Source: Eledone cirrhosa
Taxonomy: Eukaryota
Reading direction: 5' to 3'
Length of the DNA: 64,000 nucleotides
Assembly: GCA_964016885.1 (NCBI GenBank)
Contig: OZ024740.1
Coordinates: 328,166,001 to 328,230,000, forward strand
The number at the start of each line of letters is the position of its first letter. Position 1 is the first letter of the stretch. A program made the position numbers and the translations under genes. The notes beneath the pieces were generated by a model. That model was not told the origin of the DNA, made no database searches, and worked only from the letters and a program-made list of their open reading frames with translations. Below, piece by piece: positions 38,150-52,871 of this stretch.

Positions 38150-38455
38150 TAAAACTGGTTGACAGTAGCATGGGTACTGCAAATCTAAGAACCGTAAGAC
38201 ATGACAAAAAAAAAAAAAAAGAAGAAAAGTCAGACCCATAAGTGTTATATATGTACTGAGGTTGCTTCAAAGTGTTCCCTGAAGACCACTGCGAAACAGA
38301 TGATATGGTGACAGGAAAAGTGTCTGGAGCTGTACCACACAGCTACATATCAACAAAGATGTCCTTACCGAAGAGAAGTTTACTGACAGTCTGGTTAGAC
38401 TATAAGAGGGCACTTGACTCGATTCCTTTTTCATCGATATCAGAATCATTACGTC
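38150..38455 (+). mobile_element. Decayed R4/Dong-like RT fragment
   Basis: [24 protein letters not shown] corresponds to the WIDYKKAFDSVPHSWI motif. Confidence 0.65.
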
Positions 38456-38592
38456 TATTTTATTTAGTTCTGTTGAGGAAATGCAAAGGCTACGTGTTAG
38501 GAATGGAGAGAAAAATACATGTCACCTACACCCTTTTTGTTTTATGTTTGACGAATCTGAAGAATTGTCCTGGCGGTTACACCTCCACGTAA

Positions 38593-38639
<47 letters not shown>

Positions 38640-38678
38640 AGAGAGAGAGATTATCCTGACGGTTACACCCCCACACAC

Positions 38679-38742
<64 letters not shown>

Positions 38743-38763
38743 AATTATATGTGTATGTGTGCA

Positions 38764-38796
<33 letters not shown>

Positions 38797-38805
38797 GTAT
38801 ATAAG

Positions 38806-38981
38806 TATGTATGCATACCTAGATGAATGGTAGGCAATATCGACACTTGGCAAATCGGAAGTGTTGACCAGATTCATCTGTAGTTATTTCACTTACTTAG
38901 CAAATTCTATTAGGAAAAGCATGAACATCACAGCGCTATTTTTCCACAACTTAAGTTCAGAGAGATGACTGTATCAACCTC

Positions 38982-38984
<3 letters not shown>
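38806..38984 (-). repeat. 179-bp inverted repeat, right copy
   Basis: Reverse complement of 35849-36027. Confidence 0.92.
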
Positions 38985-39046
<62 letters not shown>

Positions 39047-39129
39047 GATATATATACAGAGAGAGATTATCCTTGTTCCACCATAGCTTTCCTACGATGG
39101 GTCTGGGTCAACGTGGTAGTAAGAGTAGT

Positions 39130-39460
39130 ATCATTTTGGAGATGTTTTATTGGGTGCATGTAATGAGAAAATGGAAGCGAATGTGAATGAAGGCCTTTTT
39201 AGCGGGAGTCTTCTTTTCCGAGATACCTTAGTAGAAGAGTGAAACAGGAAAAAGTTTGTAAAGTTAATAAGCGAAGCTCATAGTAAGATGGAGACAGAAA
39301 ACGCCTTTCAGACTCTGCGTAATGCACAAAAGATTCTTTTACTTTCCTGATGGAGAGCTTGCACGCATTGGGGTGGTATGAAAACAATCCCAAGCTAGTG
39401 ATTGAAGGGGAAGGGGCTGATGACTTCCTCCAGGCAGTGCTTTTTGTCCATACTAAACGA
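39130..39460 (-). mobile_element. Possible decayed Tx1/L1-like LINE 3' fragment
   Basis: Weak resemblance of the minus translation (IPPQ...KRIFCALRRV...NFFLFH..KV) to Tx1-type ORF2 C-termini. Confidence 0.3.
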
Positions 39461-40298
39461 TCTATTTTTATGTTTAAATAAAATATATGAGAGAAAATCT
39501 ACATAGAATATTTGGTACATCTAACGATTGTTTCAATAAGTATTAAAGTATTTGCCACAGCATACTCGGCAATTATAGAGATCTATTTATGATAAATTCC
39601 AGCATGTTTAATTGAGTGTAGGTGTTTTATCGTTTGCTTTTTTTTTTTTGCTGTTCTTTTTTTTTTTACATTTAATAAAAAAATATAATATTTAACTTCC
39701 ATTTAAAAAAAAAATTACTTCCTCTTCAAGAGTTCACACCACAGACGTTTTTCTCATTCACCCACATGTCTTTACAATCTCTCTTTGAAATAGCTACAAT
39801 CAGATGTCCTGTTAGTTTTATCGCGGTCTATCTGTCTGCACATTTATCCCCCTCTCCCAGTCTAGCTCTACCAGTTGTTATTTCAAACCCAACCTATTCT
39901 AGCTTCGTACATTCCATGTTTCGTATATGTTACACTAATTTCCTCCATCTATAATTCGTCCTTTTTCTTGCTATAGACTGCGATTTCTTTGACAATAATG
40001 TCTTCTCTGCCTACGATGAGAAAGTACTGGACCCGAACGACTTTTTTCCTATGGTACATCTACTTGCTTATGTGTGTGTATTTGTGCAATATATACATAT
40101 ATACATACATATAAATATACATATACACACAAACATATATATATACGTATACACACAAACTTATATATATATATACACACACATATATATATACATACAC
40201 ACACACATATATATATATAGATACACACATATACAAACATATATATATATATATATACACATATATATATATATATAGATACATACATGTACAAACAT

Positions 40299-40331
<33 letters not shown>

Positions 40332-40449
40332 CACACACACATATACATGTACAAACATATATATATATCTGAATAAAAAATGACGAGCTATGTTGTTGCA
40401 ATTAAGTATAATAAATTCTAATTCTTTATTTAGTATATATATATATATG

Positions 40450-41194
<745 letters not shown>

Positions 41195-41232
41195 TATATA
41201 TATATATATATAGGTATATGTGGGTACACATT

Positions 41233-41278
<46 letters not shown>

Positions 41279-41353
41279 TATATATATATGTACAAACAAC
41301 ACACATATATATATATATTAATATATGCGTACCTCATTATTAGTTATTTATTG

Positions 41354-41473
41354 TCTGAGTTCAAATCCGGCCGAGGTTGACTTTGCCTTTCATCCTTACG
41401 GGGTCGACAAAATAAAGTACCAGTAATGCACTGGTTAATTGCTGGCCTTGTGCCAAAAAGTAGAAACAATTAT
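41354..41473 (+). mobile_element. 5'-truncated SINE family 1
   Basis: tctgagttcaaatcc...agtagaaacaattatt. Confidence 0.88.
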
Positions 41474-41589
41474 TAGTTATTTATATATCTTTTTTACACA
41501 TTCTCATACGCACCCTCTGTGTTATATGTAATGTTTCATGTTTCAACCTAAGGTATATAAATATTGAGTTTTGTCATAACTAATCACTG

Positions 41590-41850
41590 CCATGACTGAA
41601 TTATAACCATCAACATAGTCAAGGTATGTCAGGCATCAACTTATTTTATCTGATGAGGACGTACTGTTGAAATAGCTCAGTACCTCTGAAATATGTATAA
41701 TAAAATATATTTGATCACATGAATGTCTATATTTATTAATATTTTGAAGTAATATTAATAACTCCAGAAAACCTTATTGTAGAGTGCTTCTAATCTATTG
41801 TGAAACTTTATTCATTGATTAATTCATTGAACCTTGTTAAACTTTTAATC
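41590..41850 (+). mobile_element. Single-arm hammerhead element (family E) with tail ending in (TA)n; 5' boundary approximate
   Basis: Hammerhead plus aactc-cag...ttg-ta-gagtgcttct tail; homologous to 45853-46167. Confidence 0.78.
41642..41707 (+). ncRNA. Minimal type I hammerhead ribozyme
   Basis: tattttat CTGATGA ggacgtactg..cagtacctct GAAA t-atgt-a TA ataaaata. Confidence 0.85.
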
Positions 41851-41913
41851 ATTATATATATATATATATATATACATGTACAAACATATATATATATATG
41901 TATATATGTTTGT

Positions 41914-41946
<33 letters not shown>

Positions 41947-42542
41947 CATATATGATGACTGTTGGCTCAATATCGTGTATGACTATTTGTTGCACCTCTT
42001 CCTCCTCAACATAAGAAACATTTCTACGAATATGGTAAGTCCCAAACTCTACCTCGTCGAAACTACGTAAGTGTGGGTATTTCATTGTCGTAGACACACA
42101 TGGTGCTCCAATTGCCGCAATGTGTATGTGGTTCCAAAATATTTGTGTGCTGACTTGCACTGACTGCAAAAAAGTGCCTACATATGTTATAGCAACAAAT
42201 GCTTGTGAGACACGACGGCCAATGTGTGAATGTTTGAAGAATTTAAGCTAGCAGCAAGCATCTACCAGCAGATAGATATAGATAGATATATAAAGAGGCG
42301 GTGAAACAGGATGATTCATTATGTAGATTTTATTGTAATGTGATTCGTATTTTGCTGTTGTTGTTATTATTGTTGACCGTGTGTTACTGTTGTTAGAACC
42401 ATTAATACTTTCTCTTTATCCGTTTTTATTTACAGCCAGATTACTAACTAGTTATTGTCACCACGTATCGTAGCTGTTCTTGTCGTTGCTATTGCCTCGC
42501 CGAATGATCCGTGCTATAGGAAATGGATGAAAAGAAGTGTTT

Positions 42543-43060
42543 GAAGAAGAAGAAGAAGAAGAAGAAGAAGAAGAAGAAGAAGAAGAAGAAGAAGAAGAAG
42601 AATTTTCTGTATCGGAGATCAGAGAGTCGCTCCAGGTAGAGCCACTACTTCTCCGAATTGAGAAATCACAGCTCCGATATTGCGTGCATGCAGTTAGAAT
42701 GTCTCAGAAAAGAATTGTTGGACACATTTTACAGACTAAGCCAACCCACTGGAGACCCAGGGGTAGACCCTGAGCAGGATGGCTGGTTAACATCTATTAT
42801 CTTGACTGGTCTCGCTTGAGTGTCGAGCCGGATCTGTTGGAGACGGTTGCTTCTGACAGGACCCGCTGGAGGGAGTGGTTGAGGACTCTGCTCTTACGAC
42901 ACTCCCAGGAACAAGTGCGAGAAGAAGAAGAAGAAGAAGAAGAAGAAGAAGAAGAAGGAGGCGGAGGCGGAGGAGAAGTAGTAGAAGAAGAAGAAGAAGG
43001 AGGAGGCAGAGGAGAAGTAGTAGAAGAAGAAGAAGAAGAAGAAGAAGAAGAAGAAGAAGA
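42543..43060 (+). mobile_element. RTE/Rex3-like LINE 3' end embedded in (GAA)n
   Basis: EIRESLQVEPLLLRIEKSQLRY..HAVRM...RPRGRP...ASDRTRWR, with GAA repeats on both sides. Confidence 0.85.
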
Positions 43061-43252
43061 CATGATTAGAAATATGATAATAAACGAAAGTTTGAATTTA
43101 ATGGGAAATGCTCTGCTATTTTATATCAAGTTGAACTATACATAAGCTCCTTCTTTGGTCCGAAAGATACTGCAGTAGCTTGTTAAGGTTGTTGTTAGTT
43201 CTGTTGATAAAGAAGAGTATCGTAATTAGTGGTGGGAGGGGTATGATGATAA

Positions 43253-43449
43253 CAGACCTGTCAACTCTCCCCGTCCGACGGGGTTATCTCCCACCCACTT
43301 TGGAGGGTGGGTGAGAGATGCCTTCTCTTATAAAAAGGCGTACAGCTTTCATTATGCAAAATCTCCCCATTTTACCTCATTTATCCCTGTTTTGGGGCAC
43401 TTTTTTTCATGGTACTCCCCGTTTGGGCTTTTAGAGGTTGGCAGGTCTG
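43253..43449. mobile_element. About 197-bp MITE (copy 2)
   Basis: Same TIRs and body as 30236-30430; flanking duplication tgataa. Confidence 0.85.
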
Positions 43450-44435
43450 TGATAATGATGATATATGCATGTGTCAGCACGGTCTATTAGTCAAGGAAGA
43501 GGAAGGTTGGGTGGCTAAAAACACCAATAACAACAATAACAACAACAACAAAGTCATGACTTCCGACTCTGAATTAATGTGAATTGTGATATATTGGAAG
43601 CGTTGTTAGAATGTAAGATAAGGTAATATTGTGAGTGATGAGACGGTGATGGTGCCAGAGGTAGTAAGGATTGTGGTGGGGGTATCGATAGCCAGGGTAT
43701 TGATTGCGTGGTAGTGTGGTTGTTGTTGGTGGTAGCAGTTGGAATGGTGGTGGTGATGATGGTATTGGTTGTAGCGTTGGCAGTGCTTGTGGTAGCAATG
43801 ATTCTTATATTGGTAGTAGTAGTAGTAGCAGTAGTAGTAGTAGTAGTAGTAGTAGCAGCAGCAGTAGTAGTAGTAGTAGTAGTAGACGTTAACATGTGGG
43901 TAAGTGGCGGTAGTGCTGGTAGTGGTGGTACTATCGTCGTTGCTGGTGGTGGTTTTGATGTGGGTGGTAGTCGTGGTAAATCAGGGTGCAGGGTTAGGAA
44001 ATCGTGTAGAGATAGGATATATTATGAAAAGTGATGTAGTGGTGTTGTGGAACTAAAGGTACACGCTCACCACCATCACCACTGCCACCACGACCACCAA
44101 CACCACTGCCACCACCACCACCAACAACACTGCCACCACTATCAACACCACTACCATCACCACCACTGCCACAACTACCAACACAACCACAACCACCACC
44201 CCCACGACCACCAACACCACTGCCACCACTATCAACACCACTACCATCACCACCACTGCCACAACTACCAACACCATCACAACCACCACCACCACTGCCA
44301 TCACTACCAACACCTCCACCACTACCACTACCATCGACATCCCAGAAACGTCGTGATGGACGAGACAACTCCAACAACAAAAAACAACAGCAAACCAATA
44401 AGTAACGACAACAGTTAAGGAAAGAAAAGGACATA

Positions 44436-44500
44436 TATTGGGTCGTCAAGTATGAAATTTTCTACAAGTTTCTACAAATTTCATACTTGACGATCCAATA
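44436..44500. repeat. 25-bp inverted repeat
   Basis: tattgggtcgtcaagtatgaaattt / aaatttcatacttgacgatccaata, one mismatch. Confidence 0.88.
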
Positions 44501-44880
44501 ATTATAGATATTTGATTAATATTGCGATCCATTTGACAAGTTTGTCAGAGCGTTGGATATTTCTTCCAGGTCTCTGTCTGTGATTTGAGTTCAAGTCTCG
44601 ATGATGTCCATTTTCATATTTTCGGCGTCGATAAAGGTCGATAAATAAAGTACTATCCCCGAATGTGCGTCGGATCAAATGAGGAAGTGTCAGGAGGGTG
44701 TATGTGTCTGCTTGTAACAGCAGGTACACGTAAAATCCCCAGAAAAAGCATGGTGCATGTTGCCAAGTCATACACGATTGAGAATGACGGTTGTAGATAT
44801 AAAATTATTCTTCCACATTTAAAGAACATTGATGGATTAATGGAGACAACCGAATATTTGAGATTTAGGTATATATGTGA

Positions 44881-44926
<46 letters not shown>

Positions 44927-45073
44927 AAGTAGAAGTAGTATTTAAGTTGTTGGGAGTCCGACAAATATAAATGTTTATAAGTGTTTATAACTGATTTAGA
45001 GCACTCAACAGTTTACTGGAGTAAATATTCAATGATATTAAATAAATGGAAACTATATTTATAAAACCATATT

Positions 45074-45138
45074 TATTTTATTATATATATTTCAAGGGCA
45101 ACCAAGACAACATTAGTACGCTTTCATCAGATAAAATA
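45074..45138 (-). ncRNA. Minimal type I hammerhead ribozyme
   Basis: Inverted copy of 45254-45318. Confidence 0.82.
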
Positions 45139-45253
45139 AAAATTTTGTTTTATAAATAGAGACATACCCATGAAAATCATACCATATCAGTGAATTTCCA
45201 ACCGATAAGGTATGATTTTCATGGGTACGTCTCTATTTATGAAACAAACTTTG

Positions 45254-45318
45254 TATTTTATCTGATGAAAGCGTACCAATGTTGTCTTGGTTGCCCTTGA
45301 AATATATATAATAAAATA
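45254..45318 (+). ncRNA. Minimal type I hammerhead ribozyme
   Basis: tattttat CTGATGA aagcgtaccaa..ttggttgccctt GAAA t-atat-a TA ataaaata. Confidence 0.82.
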
Positions 45319-45374
45319 AATATGGTTTTATAAATATAGTTTCCATTTATTTAATATCATTGTATATATATATA

Positions 45375-45446
<72 letters not shown>

Positions 45447-45756
45447 AAATTTGTCGATCAACTTTCGTCAAATCGGACCAGGAAAACAATGATTCAATTG
45501 GTCTTTCCAATGGTTAATACTATCTATCAGTCGCAACTCCAGGTAGAAGGAGCAACGTGACATCAAGCGACTTGCTCAAGGACATAACGCATCGTCCGGA
45601 CTAGGAATCGAACTGACAATCTCAGGATTGCGAATCCAATTCTCTAACCAATCAGCCGCACGCATATATATATATATGTGTGTGTGTGTGTGTTTTCGTA
45701 TGAGCATGTATAGGTTGTGTGTTTGCATATTGCATATATATGTTTGTGTAAGTGCA

Positions 45757-45852
<96 letters not shown>

Positions 45853-45854
<2 letters not shown>

Positions 45855-46164
45855 TACAAATATTAATAAAATAGATGTTCTTTTGATCAATTACATTTTA
45901 TTATACATATTTCGGATGTACAACAGTACGTCCTCATCAGACAAAATATAATGATACATGACATACCCTGAGATGTTAAATGGTTAGATTTAATCAAGGT
46001 AGTACATCCGAAATATGTATAATAAAATGTAATTGATGAAAAGAACATCTATTTTATTAATATTTGTATTATAATATTAATAACTGTGGAACATAATCCG
46101 TAGAGTGCTTCCAATCTACTGTAAAACTCATTCTTTGATATACTCATTGAATTTTGTTTAACTC

Positions 46165-46167
<3 letters not shown>
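45853..46167 (+). mobile_element. Fold-back family E element: arms 45853-45921 / 46002-46070 plus tail, in (TA)n
   Basis: 69-bp arms; complete hammerhead on the minus arm, plus arm truncated inside stem II. Confidence 0.83.
45895..45948 (-). ncRNA. Minimal type I hammerhead ribozyme
   Basis: Reverse complement reads tattttgt CTGATGA ggacgtac-tgtt-gtacatcc GAAA t-atgt-a TA ataaaat. Confidence 0.83.
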
Positions 46168-46205
<38 letters not shown>

Positions 46206-46234
46206 CATATATATATATATATATATAATATACA

Positions 46235-46265
<31 letters not shown>

Positions 46266-46272
46266 ATATACA

Positions 46273-46312
<40 letters not shown>

Positions 46313-47900
46313 CATATATATTATATATATATTTATATATACATGTATATACACAGATATAGAGATAGTTCACAAGTATACACACACTCACACACATGTA
46401 TATATATGTGTATATATGCTTGCGTTATGCCTGTATGTATGTGTATCCATAAATGTATGCGTTTGTGTGCTGTAGTCTTCGGTTCACATAATGTGATAAG
46501 CTGTAAAGGGAAGAGAGGGTGAGCAAGGAGGCGGTGGCGGGGGTGTTGTTAATTGTAACAAACGATAATCGCTCCAAGACATTATCAGAACAAGCTGTGA
46601 TTTTATGTTTAAAGCGTTCTTCTTCTTCTACTCCTTCTTCTTCTTCTTCTTCTTCTTCTTCTTTTTCTTTTTCTTTTTCTTCTTTTTCTTCTTCTTCTTC
46701 TTCTTCTTCTTCTTCTTCTTCTTTTTCTTTTTCTTTTTCTTCTTCTTCCTCCTCCTCCTCCTCCACCTGAATTACTGGATGACAGGCTTGGAACAGTGAA
46801 GAGGAAGACAATAATGGATGGTTGTATGTATGTGCGTGTTTGTGTGTATGTATATAGATGTGTGTGTGTGTGTGTGTATGTATGTGCGTGTGTGTGTGTG
46901 TGTATATATATGTATGTATGTATGTATGTGTGTGTGTGTATTTATGTATATATGTATGTATGCATGTTTGTATGTATGTATTCATGTATGTATGTGTGTA
47001 TGTATGTATGTGGTGTAGAGATTGTTAGGGTACCAAAAACGAAAGGATGTAAACTATTAGGAGTGCAGGAACCCGCTATCTGGTTTTCCATCAGCGGGCT
47101 TTGATTAATGTCACCAAGAAAGGCATGAATGTCACAAGTGCCATTTAACACCATTAACCCCATTAAGCATAAACACATTTATATGTAATGTGTCTTTTTT
47201 ATGTCTAGCCGAAAACTTAGACTATATTCCGATTGTCTCGTTACAAAGGTATTCCGAGACCGCATATAAAACATACACATGTACACATTATTTGTAAATA
47301 TGTGTAACTGGCTTTGAAAAGCTGCGATTTTCAGGCAATGAAAGAAAGTAACTAGTTAATACGTTACTTTGGAAATATAAAATGGACCTCTGTTGGTTTC
47401 GACGACGAGTGCGCCAACTTTTCAATCTACAGAATAGGTTGCTCATGAAATTGATGTGTTCATGTTTAAGCATTGCAAAGACACGTGTAGCCTTAACGTA
47501 ATTCTCAGGGAGATTCAACATTACACAACCTGTGACAATGCTGGAACTTTGAATTACAGGCGCAGTCCATCCGACAGATTTCTAAACAGTTTCCATCGAC
47601 CCAGTCTCACTCACAAGATAGAGGTCGATCCGATGCTATGGTAGATGCCATTTGCCAAGATGCCAGACAGTTGGATCGAATCCAAGACCTAATTATGAAG
47701 CGAATTCCTTAACGATTTCGTTACGATGCTTCCACTTGCAAAAATAATATGTATGTGGAACAGTAAAAATATACAGACATTTTCAAAAGTTCAGCATGCA
47801 ACACTTATCGCTTTTATTATCCAAATATCACTGAAGTAATGTTAATCCTTTGTTAGAAACCAGCTCTTACTTTATAAGAAGACTTCAAATAATTAGAAAA

Positions 47901-47983
<83 letters not shown>

Positions 47984-48036
47984 AACACTCACACACACTC
48001 ACACACACACACACTCACACTCACACACACACGCGC

Positions 48037-48078
<42 letters not shown>

Positions 48079-49020
48079 ATACACAGACACACTCAACACT
48101 CATACACACTCTCTCACACACACACACACACACTCACACACACACATTTGTAAAATTTGGCATGTTAATAGAGCAATGCTGTAGATTTCATGTCTTTGAA
48201 TTTCCGCCAATGTTCCGTTAACCTTTCACCTTTGCTGCTAACCGTTTCCCTCAGTTGTAGCTGTGTCTATTGTCCCTCTATACATGTCATACTGTATAAT
48301 GTTTTTAGTTTTGCCCTATACTTGTGGGTGTACTTTACAAATCATGTAACTATTATCGGCAGAGGGTTTTTTTCTTAAATGTATAAGTGGTACTAATTAT
48401 ATATGATGGAATTAGTGTTCAGATCAGTGAATTCTCTCATAATTGGACCACACCAGCTCTATGAAGAATTGAAAAAAAACTAAACAACTAAACCTAATGA
48501 AAATAGCAACAACAACAACAACAATAATATATAAATGTTTTATACCAAAGACACACGCATACACGGACACACAGACACACACATTCACGGACACACAGAC
48601 ACTTATAAATGTAATGTCTTTGAACTAATCTTTCCTGATTAAAGGCAATGTCGTTTTGAAACTTTCCGTCACGTATATCTGTTGTTTCCAAAGATAATTT
48701 TAAATTAAGGATGAAATTCAATTAAATTCAACTTAGAACTCCCATTACGATCCATGATTTAATTAAGTCGAGATCTTTTTTCATTAAAAGACTCACTTGC
48801 TAGATTATATATTATTGTTTTATGGCTTTTTTGACAAGTATTTTGTAAGTCAACTGAGGTCAGCGGAAGTTGCCATTTATTTTTGGCAATGTTATAAATA
48901 ATATATAGATGACGTTAGCATTCAGGGAAACTAGTAAGACAGACGTATACCACACACACACACATAAACACACAAACACACACATACACACGTGTTTATA
49001 TATACTGTATATATATATAT

Positions 49021-49062
49021 GCTCTACCACCTTCGGATATAACCTCCCGGGTTTTTACCATT
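49021..49062 (+). mobile_element. Extreme 3' fragment of family C in (TA)n
   Basis: gctctaccaccttcggatataacctcccgggtttttaccatt resembles 9870-9910. Confidence 0.6.
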
Positions 49063-49064
49063 TA

Positions 49065-49209
<145 letters not shown>

Positions 49210-49419
49210 ATATATACATACATAATACATATATACATACATAATACATACATGTATATATTTCCACACACTCACACACAATGGTTGTCTACAAAAAGGA
49301 AAGAAAGAAAATAGAATGTGTATAATTTATATGCCAAATCTTCTTGAATCGTACCTCTGGAGTTTCACCATAGCCCATCATCGATGTAGCAAATCGATTT
49401 GTTTATATATAAACTCAGA

Positions 49420-50395
49420 TATTGTTACGTTGCTTCAGTTGTTTGAATAACTAGTAGCACTCGCTTGCTAGATGAAGCGTGTTTATTGGCTTCAGATCAG
49501 TCTATGACATTTAAGGGTCGTTCTTAGCACTCCATCGACAATTGGCACGACTTTTGTCTCTACATGGTGCTCAGTTCTAATAGCACCTGCAAGGTCTGCA
49601 TGCTTATTGATCTTTTCCAGTTCCTTTTCAGCCAAACTGTGATCTCGAGGGACACCGATATCAATTCGAATCCATTTTGTGGGGTGCGGTGCGGGGCTGT
49701 TTGTTTTTACGATCTCGTGGTCCCAAAATAAAACAAATCCTTCATCTTATAGGCAGGATTCAAGACGGGTATCTTCGTATCACTGGCATTGCGTTTCAAT
49801 GTATTTTTTGCACATCTCCCAATGGATCCTTTTTGCTATAAGATCATGCCGGATTTTATAACGTCTTTTTCCCAATTGCACATATCCACTAGCATTATAT
49901 GCCACATATTTGTCTGCTTTATGGCATACTCAGCAGAGTGGGGAGCAACTTTGTCCATTCAACATGTAATATCCACAATTTGTTTCTCTAAGAACAAGAG
50001 AAAGGGGAATCAGTATAATGATAAACGACAAAGGTGATAATGAGTCCCCTTAGAAAATACCTCATCTGATGTGAAGTTCTCCGGGAACTTCATTACCAGA
50101 TGACAATTCCATTCTCCACTGCTTCATGCTGCTGAAAAGCCTTTCCTTGATGTTATCAACTACACCTAAAAAGTTGAGTGCTTCCTTTAACCAAGAGTGG
50201 GTGACCATACGGTAGGGTTCATTGTAATATTTGAAAGCCATTACAAGTTATTTTTCATTTTCTTCTGAGGATCACCTTATCAATTAACAACTCGTCCTTT
50301 ATTCCTCTGGACCCCCTACGACAATCTTTCTGTTAATTTGGGAGGAGATTCGCTTCTTTGAGATGTAAATATATTGATGCCAATAACCCCAGTCC
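49420..50395 (-). mobile_element. Internally deleted R4/Dong-like LINE (RT joined to REL region)
   Basis: Minus strand HSWLKEALNFLGV...HIR*GIF*GDSLSPL, then YKIRHDLIAKRIHWEMCKKY...LFWDHEI...IDIGVPRD...VVPIVDGVL. Confidence 0.85.
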
Positions 50396-51420
50396 CATAC
50401 TAGAAATATCTATACAATCTCAAATATCGTATATAGAGTTTGCACCGTGCGGTTTCGTGTTGCGCATTTAAATTCTGCATGAGAAATGCGTAGTTTTTCT
50501 AAAATATCTTCACCATACTTTACCCATTTTCTTCATTGGTGGCAATGGAAATTAATATTTTCCGGTTTACCTCACTGATTTCAAATGCTTTCAAAGGGGA
50601 CTTAACACAGTCCTTAAATTATAGCCTTATGTTGTACTTAGGGCTTAACATCAATTACGCGTGTAATTTGAATACATAGTAAATCAATTTACTTAATTGT
50701 ATGGAAAATTTTGAGATAAGGAACTTTTGAATGCGTGACCTATCTTCCTACAGCATTATACGACTAAGAATCAGCGTATTAGAATCAGTGTATACCTGTG
50801 TTTGTAAGAAAGCCTGTATTTGTTTGTATGTACTAATGCTTGTGTGTGTGAGTGTGTGTGCAAGCGTGTGTGTTTGTGTATGCTGTTAATTACCCTTGAG
50901 TTAGCTTTGGTCGGGAGGACCTAAGATCAAAAGCATTCAATTCGGTATTTTCTATAGACATAGATCAACACTATCCGATGTGAAATTTGAGAAATATTTA
51001 CTGCTATTTCTAGTTGAGTGGTCACGGTGAGGTTGTCTTTGGATATACATGATGTACCTTAATGCCCAGTTTCAGATTAGAGTATTCCAATAATTTCATC
51101 CCTCGTTCTTATTCGATCACAAATGTAGTTTTCCGATAACTAGAAAATCACTTTAACCATGGCGTATGTTAGGGTATTGCTCGTGTCTTTTGTATGACAT
51201 CCCAGAACAATCCGAAGCACGAAGGAAATTCAGAAGGGTTAGAGATCTAGAAATACTATTAGCGTATATTGTTGCTGTAGTTGTTTATTATTAAATAATA
51301 ACGAATCGAGTAAACTTATGGCAAAAGACATTCTAGCTGTGATCATTCGTCCATTTTATATTCAAACGTGGTCTATCCGGTTAATAAACTAACCAAGGAA
51401 TAGAATAGTTAGCTAACTAA

Positions 51421-51556
51421 AAATAAAACTGAAGTAGAACTCAACCATGCGTGTGTATTTATTGGCAACATGACTCTCCCAAAGTATAACAAATATTTGC
51501 TTCAACATACGATTTAAACATCAAGAACCTTGCAAAATAAATACAAATACAAAATT
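51421..51556 (+). mobile_element. 3' fragment of family B
   Basis: tgcgtgtgtatttattggcaacatgactctcccaaagtataaca...aagaaccttgcaaaataaat matches 4716-4810. Confidence 0.72.
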
Positions 51557-51829
51557 ATATATGCACTATATACAGACATATACATACGCACACATACATA
51601 TATATATGCGCGCGCGTGTGTGTGAGTGTATGTACATATGTGTGTATGTGTTTGTGTAGTAATGTCTAAGTGTACGCACACTAATGTAAGGGTAATAAGC
51701 ATACGCATGTAGGAAAAATAGAAAATAGTTCAAAGATGATGATGGTAGTAGTGATGATGATAATGAGAATGAATGCTCCTAGATGGTTGTGTATATCCTT
51801 TGAGACAGATAGGTAGATATATAAATAGG

Positions 51830-51894
<65 letters not shown>

Positions 51895-51992
51895 TGGGAG
51901 TTTGTGTAAATGTGTGAAAATATGAGCAGTGCGAATATATAAGTGCGTATGGTGCGTAGATGTATGTATATATAACAGTAGGAAAATGGAAA

Positions 51993-52049
<57 letters not shown>

Positions 52050-52159
52050 TATGTTTCCTTTTAAACTAATGTTAATTGGTTCCCGATGAGACAAGGAAAA
52101 TATTACTTTCACTAACCATCCTACCAGCCAGCCACACCGATTCTGGCTTTTGGATGCCA

Positions 52160-52550
<391 letters not shown>

Positions 52551-52594
52551 TATACCCAGATATTGTATTGTATATATATATTATATATATATAT

Positions 52595-52710
52595 TCTGAG
52601 TTCAAATCCCGCCGAGGTTAACTTTGTCTTTCATCCTTACGGGGCGTCGATAAAATAAAGTACCAGTAATGTACTGGGATAATTGCTGGCCTTGTGCCAA
52701 AAGTAGAAAC

Positions 52711-52714
<4 letters not shown>
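52595..52714 (+). mobile_element. 5'-truncated SINE family 1
   Basis: tctgagttcaaatcccgccgagg...agtagaaacaattat. Confidence 0.88.
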
Positions 52715-52772
<58 letters not shown>

Positions 52773-52804
52773 AGATCAAAAGATGGTTAAAGGAGTTCAA
52801 TATA

Positions 52805-52871
52805 TTTTATTATGCGCATTTCAAAAACAAACATCATCAAACAATAATATTTGTGTTTTCATCAGATAAAA
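52805..52871 (-). ncRNA. Minimal type I hammerhead ribozyme
   Basis: Inverted copy of 53963-54029. Confidence 0.85.

Larger units (their letters stand above)
44928..45362 (-). mobile_element. Fold-back pLTR element, family F: arms 45030-45191 / 45201-45362 plus tail 44928-45029, in (TA)n
   Basis: Inverted arms of about 160 bp, a hammerhead in each; tail stem-loop tactc-cag-taaa-ctg-tt-gagtgct on minus. Confidence 0.87.

Noticed and set aside
38279-38310. CTGAAGA...GAAA hammerhead-like spacing
   Set aside because: No stem I or II pairing, no UH site, and it lies inside an R4-like relic.
44047-44449. His-rich and Gly-rich ORFs
   Set aside because: (CAC/ACC)n low-complexity DNA with a local duplication; no splice or domain support.
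44721-44868. Possible plus-strand exon GTRKIPRKSMVHVAKSY...
   Set aside because: Weak pyrimidine tract and donor, no recognisable domain; it cannot be supported without RNA data.
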